Position numbers and translations under genes: made by a program. From assembly GCA_951828515.1 (NCBI GenBank), contig OX639992.1:1826008-1890007 (forward strand): 64,000 nt of DNA, in the 5' to 3' direction. Source of the DNA: an uncultured Poribacteria bacterium. GTDB taxonomy: Bacteria > Poribacteria > WGA-4E > WGA-3G. How positions within the stretch are numbered: the first letter of the stretch is position 1; each line of letters begins with the position of its first letter. The notes beneath the pieces are model-generated. The model saw nothing but the letters and a program-made list of their open reading frames with translations. It had not been told where the DNA came from and did no database searches. Shown piece after piece: positions 10,564 to 20,443 of the stretch.

Positions 10564-11388
10564 CTAATAGCTGCTTTTAACGTCGCCCCACGTCGTAGAG
10601 AGTTTGGCGTGCGGGTCGACATCAGTGGTGCCACCAGGACCGGTAACAAGGACGCTATCGACTCTTCCGTTGCCCCAACTTTCGTGCCAGATACCGACAG
10701 TACCGGGTCCCAAATCATCTGCGCCGTCATATTCAGCGACTGGATCGCCGAGTTCACTGGAGGCGGCGAAGAGATCGGACACATCGTCAAGTTCCATATA
10801 CCAGACCTGGATGAGACTTCCGATGACTTCAACGCGCGCAAAATAGGCGACGCTGTTGTCTTGTGAGAGATCTGCACCTAAGCCGTGGTCAACCCCGACG
10901 AGTTCATTCCCCCCATTTTCGCAGCTGCACTGGTCGAGACACTGCCCGGAAGGACAGCATCCATCTGCGAGGCTACCGATGATAATTTGGGGTGTTTCGT
11001 TATAGCCGAATCCGACGAGATAACCGCTGTCGTCTCCGACGCGCCGGAATTGGAAACCAACGCCATCATCGTCTTGCCATGAAAAAACGGCTTGGATGAT
11101 ACCGTCAGAGAAGCCATCGACACCGGGCAGCGGTGTATTACCGGAGATGCCACACCCTTCGGCAGATTGATGCAAGGCACCGCTGCCATCAGGAAATTCA
11201 TCTGACTCCACCCAAACGGTTCCAGCGTTTTCCGGCACCCAATTTGCTGGGTCGTTAACGCTGACATCCGGGATCGCTTTAGAGCCGCTTATTTCAAAAT
11301 CAGCATAGAAAATTACCTGTGCGCTGGCGTGGCCAATCAGTATAACTGAAAAAAGTGTGATGAGCACCATAAGGTGGGTTCTTGTCAT
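10564..11388 (-). CDS. secreted hypothetical protein, paralog B (Cys-rich core DGCCPSGQCLDQCSCENGG)
   Basis: Signal peptide plus full-length similarity to 9480..10307 (shared segments QVIFYADFE, AEGCGISGNT, GCCPSGQCLDQC, VAYF.RVEV, WHESWG). An AAGGAG RBS lies upstream of the ATG at 11388. Confidence 0.55.
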   Translation of the reverse strand: MTRTHLMVLITLFSVILIGHASAQVIFYADFEISGSKAIPDVSVNDPANWVPENAGTVWVESDEFPDGSGALHQSAEGCGISGNTPLPGVDGFSDGIIQAVFSWQDDDGVGFQFRRVGDDSGYLVGFGYNETPQIIIGSLADGCCPSGQCLDQCSCENGGNELVGVDHGLGADLSQDNSVAYFARVEVIGSLIQVWYMELDDVSDLFAASSELGDPVAEYDGADDLGPGTVGIWHESWGNGRVDSVLVTGPGGTTDVDPHAKLSTTWGDVKSSY

Positions 11389-11588
11389 TTTGTCACTCCT
11401 TTATTGGTTGAATTTCCACAAGTTAAGTAGTCTGCCTCAAAGTCAGTTTTGCCTGCTAAGGGCAGATTCTTATCAATAGGATGGTTTCTCGTGAAACCGA
11501 TACCTAAAATATAGCAAAAAAGCAAATTTCTGTCAAGAAAAGATAGAATTTTTATTTTTTGGGAGGCTTTGCCGTTGAAAGGGGAGGT

Positions 11589-11615
11589 GGCGAGGTTAGG
11601 GAATCTCGCCAGGGG
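11589..11615. repeat. REP-like hairpin GGCGAGGTTAGGGAATCTCGCCAGGGG
   Basis: Same family. Confidence 0.6.
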
Positions 11616-11741
11616 TGTGTTAATCAGCAAACAGTTTATAAATTTTAGACGTTCCGATAGTTTTCAGGTGGAAAGAGAAAGAGTAGACAGGCGATTGCTA
11701 TAAGTGGAGCGGAAGTGAAGGGTCTCTAACGCCACGAAAAA

Positions 11742-12650
11742 CTAAAGACTGCTTGATTGCTTATAGTCTTTCAACCTATTTTGCAACGTCCGGACGCTAA
11801 TCTCCAATACTTCCGCGGTTTTCGTTCGATTTTCGTTCTGCCACGCCAAAGTGTCGAGGATAAAGGTTTCTTCCATAGTCTTAAGGCTTGCTCCGAGAGG
11901 AACAGACACAGTTTGTTGGTTTTCAGGTGTGTAATTTTCTTTTGGTATGTTAACTCGCGGTTGCCCAAATGCCAAAATTTCTTCAGGCAGATGCCCAGGT
12001 AACACAGCCTCTCCATCTGACAAGATAACTGCGTGGATTAAAGCGTTTTCTAACTCTCGTATATTCCCGGGCCAAGGGTAGTTTTGGAGACGTGCGAGCG
12101 TCTCTGGTACTATTTTACGCACTGGCTGCGCGTAGGTATTACAATGTTTCTCCACAAAGTATTCTGTCAACATGCGAATATCCTCTCGCCGCTCGCGTAA
12201 GGATGGTAAAGAAAGAGAAACAGCATTCAATCGATAGTAAAGGTCTTTGCGGAAAGTGCCATTATCAACAGCCTCCGAGAGGTTACAGTGCGTAGCCGCA
12301 ACGATTCGGACATCCACTGGAATCGGCTTTGTTCCGCCTAAGCGTTCAATCTCACCCGTCTCAACCGCCCGTAACAACTTCGCTTGTAGGGAAAGTGGCA
12401 TATCTCCAATTTCATCAAGGAAGAGTGTCCCGTTGTGTGCGCTTTCAAATTTGCCGATGTGTTGCGTTTTCGCGTCCGTAAATGCACCTCTTTCATGTCC
12501 AAACAATTGGCTCTCAAGCAGCATATCCGGAATTGCGGCACAGTTGACAGAAACCATTTTGTTCCCCGACCGATCACTGTTTTGGTGTAAGGCACGTGCT
12601 ATCAACGCGTTAGGATATTTATAAAGAGGTCTATTTACTCGTTGGGAAAC
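11742..12650 (-). pseudogene. sigma-54-dependent transcriptional activator fragment (AAA+ sigma-54 interaction domain C-terminal part plus Fis-type HTH); N-terminus missing
   Basis: It encodes ...ALIARALH...VNCAAIP...[10 protein letters not shown]...LLRAVE (ESFGHE-like GHERGAFT loop) plus a C-terminal HTH. The Walker A GESGTGKE and the receiver/sensor domain are absent. The frame opens only at a stop near 12654, inside the 3' end of the upstream gene, and the track start is a TTG. Confidence 0.55.
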
Positions 12651-14635
12651 CTCTTAGCGAGATACTTGGGGTTTGATCTGATGCTGGGTGGATAGCGGAT
12701 CTCCCATACCTTAACGAGTGCTTTCGCGAAATTGTTTGTGGGATAGATAGGTACAAATGCGCTGCTCGGCTCCCCACGCAGAAACGGAGCAGTAGTGGTT
12801 TCCTTTACGGTTAACATGAGATGGGTTGCCCTATGGGATCTCAGAAATTCTAATGCCTCGCGTTCGGTTTCAGCGAAGTTGATATGCTGTCGGTAGAGAG
12901 CTATCCAATGGGGTATGTAGTGGTCCTGATCAACAATGGTTTTGACCCCGGCGAGGACATTGAGTTGACTTCCATGATTCCAGTGCGCGGCAACAACAGC
13001 ATGCCCGGGTAGATTGCCTTTCATCCAATCAAACGCCTGCGCGAGGCTGCCTCTCCCCGGTATAGCCCTGCGAGATTTGATAGCGGCAGGTAGTGCCCGG
13101 TTTGCGTGCCCTCCGACAGGTGCATAGAACAGAATTAGGGTTAACATCAAGACAGGGATTGCTGTTCTTAATAGAAGCTGCGGGACACGGTGTTTCACTT
13201 TATTGGCATAGAAAGTGGCTAAGAACAAGAGGAGGTCTGCGGTAAAGAAGGCGATGGATATCCCGACAAAAAAATTGTAGCGTTTCGCATCCCGTGCCAG
13301 TGCTACCCAAAAGAGAAACCATAGGGTAAATGCAACATAGATGAATTCATTCTTAACAGCACTTCGTCGTCGCCAGGCAAGCACAAGGAATCCAATGACG
13401 CAGGTAGCAACCGCAATACCGAACTCAATATTAACAATGGATGTTCCCAAAAGCGGATCAAGCACACTGCGGTAAAAGGTTGTTCCCGTGAACAGGACCA
13501 GTGGTGCGGCGAACACCAGTCCTTGCCATTTCCAAAAGCGGAAGAGTGCCATAGCAATACCGAGACTCCCCAACACAAAAACACTACCGTAATGCGTCAT
13601 CCAATAGGCAAGAAAAGTGCTTTCCAGTTCCTCAATGCTTTGCATGAGTGCGCTTTGACTGAAAGGCACAGTGGTATCGGTAAGGGTTTTGGACTGCATG
13701 AGGATATAACCGAGTGCGAGCATGATGCTGGCAAGGGTTAATCCAAACGCAAGGGTGCGTGCGTGGAGACGAAGCCAATCAGCGAAAGGTCTCTTTGTGA
13801 TGAGAAGGTGGCGGAGGTAACGGATAACTAAAAGGGCGATCGGTGGGACAAGCATCAGGGCGGCGATGTGCGTTGAAAAGCCTTGCCCGCTTCGATACGC
13901 AGGAGATACAAGATACAGGGGTGGCACGAAGATGCAGACCCAGATGAGATATACCTCTAATCTGTCTTCTGTTTCGGAGGTGAGAAACCGCCATATCTCA
14001 ACCAATAGAATGATACTGAGAAAAACGCCGAAGCCTTCCCAACTGACACCCCCAAGGAACATAGCGAAACCACTCGCGAGTGTCCATAAAAGACACTTAC
14101 GTAGCTGTTGCGATTGCAATGAAGCGAGATAGGTTGTGACGGTGAGGATACCGAGCAGGAGGCACCAGCTGTCTCTATCTCCAAAACCGGCAGTGCTGCG
14201 GTTAATCGCGCCCGGGAGTGTTGCCAGAAGCACACCAACGATGCTTGAAAAGAGAATACCGAAAGTGCGATAAAAAAAGAGACAGAGCGCCCCAAGTCCA
14301 CTGCAGAACCAGACAACGGGTGTGTAGACAGTAACGTGATAGAGTGTAACCTTCGGGAATACCCACGCGATCCCTTTGTGAACGTAGGCGAGGACGTATC
14401 CGTAGAGATTGAGGGTTTGCGTTAAATCTCTACCGAGTGGCAGCCATCGGTTCATATCCCGTTCTGGCAACTTTCCGTTTTCGGAGATGAGCTGCGCCTG
14501 CCAGTAGTAGAAGTAACCATCTGATTCGGTTAGCTGTCCAGCGGGGACATTTGTGATTCCTTGCAGCCGAATGAAAGCGGCAAGGCATAGGATACCGACA
14601 ATCAGAAAGATCGCACTTAATTTTTGTATCTTCAT
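12635..14635 (-). CDS. STT3/AglB/PglB-type oligosaccharyltransferase-like GT-C membrane protein
   Basis: 666 aa polytopic protein. Its first external loop [12 protein letters not shown]....[14 protein letters not shown] parallels eukaryotic STT3 EFDPYFNYR...DDRAWYPLGR. A later [10 protein letters not shown] sits where WWDYG would be. Confidence 0.6.
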   Translation of the reverse strand: MKIQKLSAIFLIVGILCLAAFIRLQGITNVPAGQLTESDGYFYYWQAQLISENGKLPERDMNRWLPLGRDLTQTLNLYGYVLAYVHKGIAWVFPKVTLYHVTVYTPVVWFCSGLGALCLFFYRTFGILFSSIVGVLLATLPGAINRSTAGFGDRDSWCLLLGILTVTTYLASLQSQQLRKCLLWTLASGFAMFLGGVSWEGFGVFLSIILLVEIWRFLTSETEDRLEVYLIWVCIFVPPLYLVSPAYRSGQGFSTHIAALMLVPPIALLVIRYLRHLLITKRPFADWLRLHARTLAFGLTLASIMLALGYILMQSKTLTDTTVPFSQSALMQSIEELESTFLAYWMTHYGSVFVLGSLGIAMALFRFWKWQGLVFAAPLVLFTGTTFYRSVLDPLLGTSIVNIEFGIAVATCVIGFLVLAWRRRSAVKNEFIYVAFTLWFLFWVALARDAKRYNFFVGISIAFFTADLLLFLATFYANKVKHRVPQLLLRTAIPVLMLTLILFYAPVGGHANRALPAAIKSRRAIPGRGSLAQAFDWMKGNLPGHAVVAAHWNHGSQLNVLAGVKTIVDQDHYIPHWIALYRQHINFAETEREALEFLRSHRATHLMLTVKETTTAPFLRGEPSSAFVPIYPTNNFAKALVKVWEIRYPPSIRSNPKYLAKRFPNE

Positions 14636-14776
14636 AACATTATTCTAAACTTTGGACAATTTTAAGCGATACGGCTGTCGTCCCTATGGGGCTGTCCATT
14701 TCGTTTTCATTTCTCTGATTCTTACAGAGGACGGGGTAGTTGCTCCGATGGTGAGCAACTACCGTGATAGGTTGAA

Positions 14777-15025
14777 TTAGTGGCAGGTATTTTCATATTC
14801 ACCACAAGCCTGCTCCGTGTTGTCTTTCGCACTTTCACACCGCTCTGCATTCCCACTGGCACACGCAATACTTTCATTCTCTTGTGCATCACTACACGCC
14901 TGTTGAAGGCTACTACAGTCACTAGCTTCTGCTTTCTGTAACATCCCGTGAAACGTCCCGAAACCAAATGTGAGTGCGAAGATGAGGACGAGGGCTGGAA
15001 TACTTGCAATCAATGTAGATTTCAT
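14777..15025 (-). CDS. small secreted Cys-rich protein
   Basis: 82 aa with a signal peptide (MKSTLIASIPALVLIFALTFG), 6 Cys in an acidic C-terminal half, and an AAGGAG RBS. Confidence 0.4.
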   Translation of the reverse strand: MKSTLIASIPALVLIFALTFGFGTFHGMLQKAEASDCSSLQQACSDAQENESIACASGNAERCESAKDNTEQACGEYENTCH

Positions 15026-15268
15026 GTTTTATTTTCTCCTTTTTCCGCCCCTTGATGGCGCGGAGATTTTACTAAAATATTCCGAACATGCTAAGGCACA
15101 TTCAATATATATCTATGAGCAATTTACATGCCAATAGCAAGAAGCCATACCGTTAGGGGATCTCGGCAAAATACAACTCTGCATATTTTGCGCACTCTGA
15201 AAATTTTACATACCTGACCCTGCATATTTTTCATAATTCCATAAGACGCATGCACCTAATGCAGAATA

Positions 15269-15414
15269 GGAGTTACGCAAAGCGCAATAATGCACGTCGC
15301 ATGAATCAACGGTATTCAGGTTCTCCATATGGCATGAGTCGGGGTGAGTACACCGCAGAATTGCGCTACTACGAACCAAAGCCCGCACAAAAACAGGTAA
15401 ACTATGTAAGTCCT
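15269..15414. repeat. MITE-family member with degenerate left TIR (AGGAGTTACGCAA) and intact right half shared with 29660/53575 copies
   Basis: The right half GAATTGCGCTACTACGAACCAAAGCCCGCAC...TATGTAAGTCCT matches the 29660 element. Confidence 0.5.
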
Positions 15415-15857
15415 ACCTAAGTTGCTACTTAACGTGAGATTGACATAAGCGTATCGTTGGAGCCCTGCCTCATTCTCGCAGGCAGCGGTGGATTGTCGGG
15501 TTTCGCTGTGTTTATTTTTCTGAATGTGTCATGAAAAAGGAGACGTTTGTGGGTAATTTGAAGGATTCTGGGTGTGTCATCGCTCTACCCGACCTACGGG
15601 TCTCTTTCAATTTTTATTATTAAACTCACGTTACTTACAAGATTTTCGCCGTGAAGTCCGCGTTTTTGTATCGTCTCCTGTGAACTTTCGGACGCACAAG
15701 AAACACGGACTAACAGTCTATGCTACAAAGGGGCTACTTGCGCTATTTGGGAAAACTTAATAACACAAAGGGGTGATGAGGCAGGCTTTCAAGTGCGTTT
15801 GCCTACCGAAATTGAAGGATGGAGATTGGAAAGTATGGAATAGGAATGGGAAATTTA

Positions 15858-18731
15858 TTAATTATCGCGCTGAAAACGGAATATCCCATTATGTTCTGTA
15901 CCGACGTAAAGTGTATTACGATCAACAGCAAGGGAGGTAACTGTGTATGGTATTTCTGGAGCAATTTGTTTCCAAGTGTTCGTTCGGCTATCTACTTGAT
16001 AAACCCCGCTGGCACATACACTGTAAAGGGTTGAGCCATCCGTCGCGATCTGATCCATAAGGAGTGGACACCCGTCAGTATCGGTGAGTGCATGCCAGGT
16101 TTCACCCTCGCGTGAACGCATCACTCCTGCGTCCGTTGAGATGTAGAGGGTTGAACCTACAAAGAGAATGTCTTTGTAGTAAGCAAACGGAAAGGCGAGG
16201 CTTTGGGTAATGTTCTTCCAAGTATTTCCACCATCCAGAGACCGGAAGAGGTCCCCCTCTCGTTTACCGGCATAGATGGTATCGTCCGAAGCGGCAAGAG
16301 CGAAACCTGTCTTAAGAGGTGAGATTTCTCCACCATCTTCCAAACCGGTGTGGTGCCACTCCGTCTCGCCGGGTCGCCACCTGAAAAGTTTCCGTCGGTG
16401 TTCCATAAAAACGGCTTCCCCGACGAGGGTAAAACTCCCGTTTGTTCTGTCTTCTGTCAGGAATAAGTTCTCGTCCCATAATTGTTCCGCTTCACGATCC
16501 CTGACGTTTGTTTCTCTGGCTTTTTGGAGCCTCTTCTGCAATTCAGTGTAGAGATCGTCTTCCTCGAAATCCGGCATACCTGGAACTGGTATCAGGGCAT
16601 CACTGCTAACGGGAAGGTAAAAAAGTTGCGTCCGATTACCGGGAACACTGCTGAGATGGAGAGTTGTATTGCTTGTCTGTATCTTTGGATAGACCAGAAG
16701 TTTACCTTCACTCTCCACGTTAAGGGTCTCCCAAGATTCACCACTGTTTTTTGATTTAATAATCTCTCCACCGGTGACTGCATAGAGAGCGTTTTCGACG
16801 GAACTTAGATTTTGAACATTGAAATTCGCGATCCCTGTTACAAAGGGATGCCATGTGTCCCCTCCATCCGTCGAGCGCGTTATTCCGCCGTAATAGGTTC
16901 TGTAAAAATTGTTTTCGTCCAACGCGATAGTAGGAGAAGCTCCAAATGCATGTCGGTCATTTCCAAGATACATCCACGTCTCACCGGCATCATAGGAGCA
17001 TAATATTCCACCAAAACTTATTAACAGAATCTTTTTCCCGATTGGGACGACTCTGACTGCGACTCCCATCTCAGGGGTATGCGGCGTAATATCGGTCCAT
17101 GAATCGCCGAGGTCGGTCGAATAGAAGACTTGGGCTTCAGGACCATGCCGTCGATTTATGCTCGTCCCGACGTAGAGCCTCTCCTCGGCAACTGCCAAGG
17201 ATTTAATACCGTGATCAGTCGGCACCGGCAATTTTTTCCAATTACCGGACAATCGGAAAAGCCCCCGACTCGTTCCGACAAAAAGCGTGTTATCAATGGC
17301 AAGCGCGTCCCGAATATGGAACTCGAAATCACCATCTTCCCGGACAATATCGGATCGCAAGACATGTCCTATGAATTCCCACTGCTTCCCAGCATCTTCG
17401 GAACGAAACACTTCGGTTCTGAGGACGAGGTACATCGTCATATCAGCATTCCCAGACTTGTGTTGCTGAGTGCCATCGGTAATCACCAATGCGACAGGAC
17501 GTCCCTCGGGGCGTGAGCCGAGAACACTCCAGGTTTTACCCCTATCCGTTGAGGCTAAAAGTTCATCGGATGTCAGGAGATAGAGGGTATCCCGGTATTC
17601 TGTCATGACCTTGCTGAATTCTCGCTTCGGACCGCTGGCACTGACAAGTGTCCACGCGTCTGTCTGTGGTGTGAATCGGTAGAAGCCGGGTTTCGCAACA
17701 GCATAGAGGGATTGGTCAGCGGCGAGAAAGAGTCCGGGATATGAAACCTCCCCTGTTCCGTTCGCTTGAATCCATTGCGGTTTCGCGGCGCGAGCGTCTG
17801 CCTCCTTGGGAGGCAAGGTAGCAAGCAAGTTGGGTCCCGGTTGTTGTCCGGCGCCTGTATTTTTGCCGAGCGTATCGGTGTTTCCGAATTGGTTTCTGAC
17901 ATCAGGCTTTAGTTTCAACGGAAGCACAACGGGTGCCTCAACGAATTCAATTGTCATCTCCGATGTTGCGTCTAAACTGTAAGGTTGCTGGAAACGATAC
18001 AGCGCACGTGTACCCACACCAATCATTAGAAGAATGAGAAACGTTGATGCGAAGGAAAACCCCCAGGGCACCCAAGGTTTACTTGCAGAAGGGGCAGTCG
18101 GCTGGAGACGAGCGATTTCTCGCATGACGTTCGCAGTCAGGGTCGACGGTGCTTGGAAAATACCGGAGACATCGTGGAGGAGGTGTTCTTGCGTTTTCAA
18201 TCGCTTGCGAGCCCGGTGGAGCCGACTTTTGATGGTGTTCGGGGATACACCCAAAAATTCACTAATCTTTTCACACGGCATCTCTGCGAGATAGTGCATC
18301 GTTACAACCGTGCGTTCGCTCTCTGGCAGTTTTTGGAGAAGACGCTTGACAAGGTCGCGCTGGTGCTCAACGTCTGCAGCTTCAGCACCTGTTGCCTCAT
18401 ACGCTGCATAGGAGAGTTCCGCCAGTTGGACCCCGGGCATCGCATCCAGAGATGTCGTTGGCTCCTGTTTCTTCCGCATCCACGCGATACACTGACGCGC
18501 CGCAATTACATAAAGCCACCCGAGAAAATGATACGGGGGTTTCAGGAGCGACAACTTTTTGTAAGCTTTCAGGAAAATATCTTGTGTGAGCTCCTGGGCT
18601 GTGTGAAAGTCGCCGATCTTCCGCCACACAAAGGTGTGGATCGGTTTCTGGTATCTGTTGACAAGCACGGTAAAAGCGTTGTCGTCTCCCTCTAAAACCC
18701 GCTGAATTAAGTCAAAATCATTGGTCTCCAT
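15858..18731 (-). CDS. ECF sigma factor fused to transmembrane anti-sigma-like segment and large BNR/Asp-box repeat (beta-propeller) extracytoplasmic domain
   Basis: N-terminal sigma-70 region 2 (DLIQRVLEGDDNAF...) and region 4 (ESERTVVTMHYLAEMPCEKISEFLGVSPNTIKSRLHRARKRL). One TM helix (WGFSFASTFLILLMIGVG). At least 8 Asp-box motifs S/TxDxGxTW (STDRGKTWS, SEDAGKQWE, STDLGDSWT, SYDAGETWM, STDGGDTWH, SKNSGESWE, SLDGGNTWK, SREGETWH). Confidence 0.75.
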   Translation of the reverse strand: METNDFDLIQRVLEGDDNAFTVLVNRYQKPIHTFVWRKIGDFHTAQELTQDIFLKAYKKLSLLKPPYHFLGWLYVIAARQCIAWMRKKQEPTTSLDAMPGVQLAELSYAAYEATGAEAADVEHQRDLVKRLLQKLPESERTVVTMHYLAEMPCEKISEFLGVSPNTIKSRLHRARKRLKTQEHLLHDVSGIFQAPSTLTANVMREIARLQPTAPSASKPWVPWGFSFASTFLILLMIGVGTRALYRFQQPYSLDATSEMTIEFVEAPVVLPLKLKPDVRNQFGNTDTLGKNTGAGQQPGPNLLATLPPKEADARAAKPQWIQANGTGEVSYPGLFLAADQSLYAVAKPGFYRFTPQTDAWTLVSASGPKREFSKVMTEYRDTLYLLTSDELLASTDRGKTWSVLGSRPEGRPVALVITDGTQQHKSGNADMTMYLVLRTEVFRSEDAGKQWEFIGHVLRSDIVREDGDFEFHIRDALAIDNTLFVGTSRGLFRLSGNWKKLPVPTDHGIKSLAVAEERLYVGTSINRRHGPEAQVFYSTDLGDSWTDITPHTPEMGVAVRVVPIGKKILLISFGGILCSYDAGETWMYLGNDRHAFGASPTIALDENNFYRTYYGGITRSTDGGDTWHPFVTGIANFNVQNLSSVENALYAVTGGEIIKSKNSGESWETLNVESEGKLLVYPKIQTSNTTLHLSSVPGNRTQLFYLPVSSDALIPVPGMPDFEEDDLYTELQKRLQKARETNVRDREAEQLWDENLFLTEDRTNGSFTLVGEAVFMEHRRKLFRWRPGETEWHHTGLEDGGEISPLKTGFALAASDDTIYAGKREGDLFRSLDGGNTWKNITQSLAFPFAYYKDILFVGSTLYISTDAGVMRSREGETWHALTDTDGCPLLMDQIATDGSTLYSVCASGVYQVDSRTNTWKQIAPEIPYTVTSLAVDRNTLYVGTEHNGIFRFQRDN

Positions 18732-18906
18732 CTATATCTTCTCCAAAAAATGAGCGTAAGGGCTTTATTATATAGTAACGCGTATAGAGGATCGAAAGGT
18801 TGCATAAAATGCAAGTTTCACGATAAATATTTTCGCCTTTTATAGCCTAAGTTGCTACGTACAAGATTTTATGGTAGATTTTAGAATTACTTTGACACTC
18901 TAAAGA

Positions 18907-18945
18907 GGCGAGAGAAACACCCAAGCAAAAACACCTCGCCAGCGG
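18907..18945. repeat. REP-family variant with enlarged loop (GGCGAGagaaacacccaagcaaaaacaCCTCGCCAGCGG)
   Basis: Its loop module AAACACCCAAGCAAAAAC recurs at 2172..2199 and 33246..33280. Confidence 0.5.
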
Positions 18946-19240
18946 AGAAGGGTCGTTGTTTTTTAGGATGTCTATGTATTTTTAGGATTTACCATAGTTA
19001 TGAAGGAAGAAGAGGCACAGACTAACAGTCTATGCTACGAATATCAAAATTTCTACACAGATATCGCCCCGCTGAGGCTTTAGCGTATTAGCGTTTTCTC
19101 ATTCGTAATTTACCAGAGATGTTCATTTTTTGCAAGGAATTTGGCTAAGAGCGGGTGTGTAAAATTTTGCCAGAAGATTGGGTTGGAAGGGTGGAAACTT
19201 GGAAGCGGAAAGTGTTGGTTGTCAGCGTCAGGTCAATTGT

Positions 19241-19267
19241 GTAAGTCCTAAGATCTTCAGGACTTAC
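19241..19267. repeat. perfect hairpin GTAAGTCCT-aagatcttc-AGGACTTAC built from the MITE TIR sequence
   Basis: 9-bp stem with a 9-nt loop; the arms are the TIR motif in inverted order. Confidence 0.5.
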
Positions 19268-19313
19268 GCAAAATGAAGATTAAGAATTTAATCGGGTAAT
19301 GCGGGTATTAATT

Positions 19314-19358
19314 GTCTGAATCAGGATTTTCAGGATTCAAGGATTTTCAGGATTATAG
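19314..19358 (+). repeat. CAGGATT-array repeat copy 1 (TGTCTGAATCAGGATTTTCAGGATTCAAGGATTTTCAGGATTA)
   Basis: A ~44-bp element holding four CAGGATT half-sites; also present at 48515 and 49552. Confidence 0.6.
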
Positions 19359-19420
19359 AACCTCTTTGATTGAGAACTTTCCTTTATAGAATTATCCAAA
19401 TATTTTATTAGGCTTCATAT

Positions 19421-19569
19421 TGCGTAAAGCAGCAATATATTTCACCCAAAAATGCCTCGCAGTGAGAGTATTTCAGTTATTTAACCCCCTAAAGAATCAA
19501 CGGTATGAATGCCTTATGGCATTCCCCGCCCCTTATCAGGGGGACTTCAAGAGGAAGTGTGTAAGTCCT
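19421..19569. repeat. MITE-family member (right TIR TGTGTAAGTCCT intact; internal module shared with 33112 copy)
   Basis: TTAACCCCCTAAAG...CCCCTTATCAGGGGGACTTCAAGAGGAAGTGTGTAAGTCCT parallels the 33112..33231 element. It overlaps the last codons of the nucleotidyltransferase gene. Confidence 0.45.
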
Positions 19570-19573
19570 AATC

Positions 19574-20251
19574 CTAAAAAAGTTGCTGGGCTGCCTGGAG
19601 GCGTTCGGGAGAGCCGATATCTATCCAATCGGGGTCGGTTTTAAGAACATGAAGGTTTTCTAATTTCGGAAGGACATCGTAGGAGAGAGAAAACACGTCG
19701 CTATCGGGAAACGATCGAGCAATTTTGCTGTTGAAGAGGTAGACACCGGCATTGATATACCCACTTTGGTATGTGGTAGGTTTTTCCAGGAATGCCGTAA
19801 TCTGCCCTGTATCCGAAGAGATGATTTCACCATAAGGACGGGTGTCATCCACCCAAACAGATAGCAGTAAACCTGCCATGTCCTCTCGAAATGTAGATAC
19901 CATTTCGTTGAGCGAGAAATCTCGCCACAGGACATCCCCGTTCAACACAAAGAACGGGGAACTCTGTATGTACCGCATTGCGTTTTTGATAGCACCCCCG
20001 GTGTCAAGTTTTTTATCTTCTTTACAATAGCGAATGGAAATGCCATTGTAAGACTCTCCGATGGTGTATTGGAGCACATCATGGAGGTGCCCAGTCGCGA
20101 GGATGAGTTCTTGGACTCCAACTTCCTTCAGGAATTCACACTGCCATTGTAGAATAGAACGGTTTTTGATTTTTAGGAGAAGTTTGGGGGTATGTTTGGC
20201 GGTGGCCCCCAGGCGAGTCGCATGTCCACCGCATAAAATGATTGCTTGCAT
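19574..20251 (-). CDS. sugar-phosphate nucleotidyltransferase (NDP-sugar pyrophosphorylase family)
   Basis: MQAIILCGGHATRLG N-terminal nucleotide-binding motif; 225 aa. Confidence 0.75.
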   Translation of the reverse strand: MQAIILCGGHATRLGATAKHTPKLLLKIKNRSILQWQCEFLKEVGVQELILATGHLHDVLQYTIGESYNGISIRYCKEDKKLDTGGAIKNAMRYIQSSPFFVLNGDVLWRDFSLNEMVSTFREDMAGLLLSVWVDDTRPYGEIISSDTGQITAFLEKPTTYQSGYINAGVYLFNSKIARSFPDSDVFSLSYDVLPKLENLHVLKTDPDWIDIGSPERLQAAQQLF

Positions 20252-20269
20252 AAATCTATCACCCTTGGT

Positions 20270-20296
20270 GGCGAGGTTAGGAAACCTCGCCAGCGG
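20270..20296. repeat. REP-like hairpin GGCGAGGTTAGGAAACCTCGCCAGCGG
   Basis: Same family; sits between the cytochrome-fusion gene and the nucleotidyltransferase gene. Confidence 0.65.
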
Positions 20297-20443
20297 TTGA
20301 ATGGTCCAGAATCTAAAGCGGTGTTGGCTTCGGGTTCTCTGAGGGTCCAGGCATCGGTTTGGGATCTGGAATGGGCTTCACGATTCCCATTTTCCAACTC
20401 ATAATTTTTCCTCCTTTCTAAAAAATGCATCTGTTTGCGGATT

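Noticed and set aside
18153-18695. 180-aa ORF antisense to the ECF sigma domain
   Set aside because: It is embedded antisense in a region with clear sigma-70 region 2/4 motifs on the other strand.
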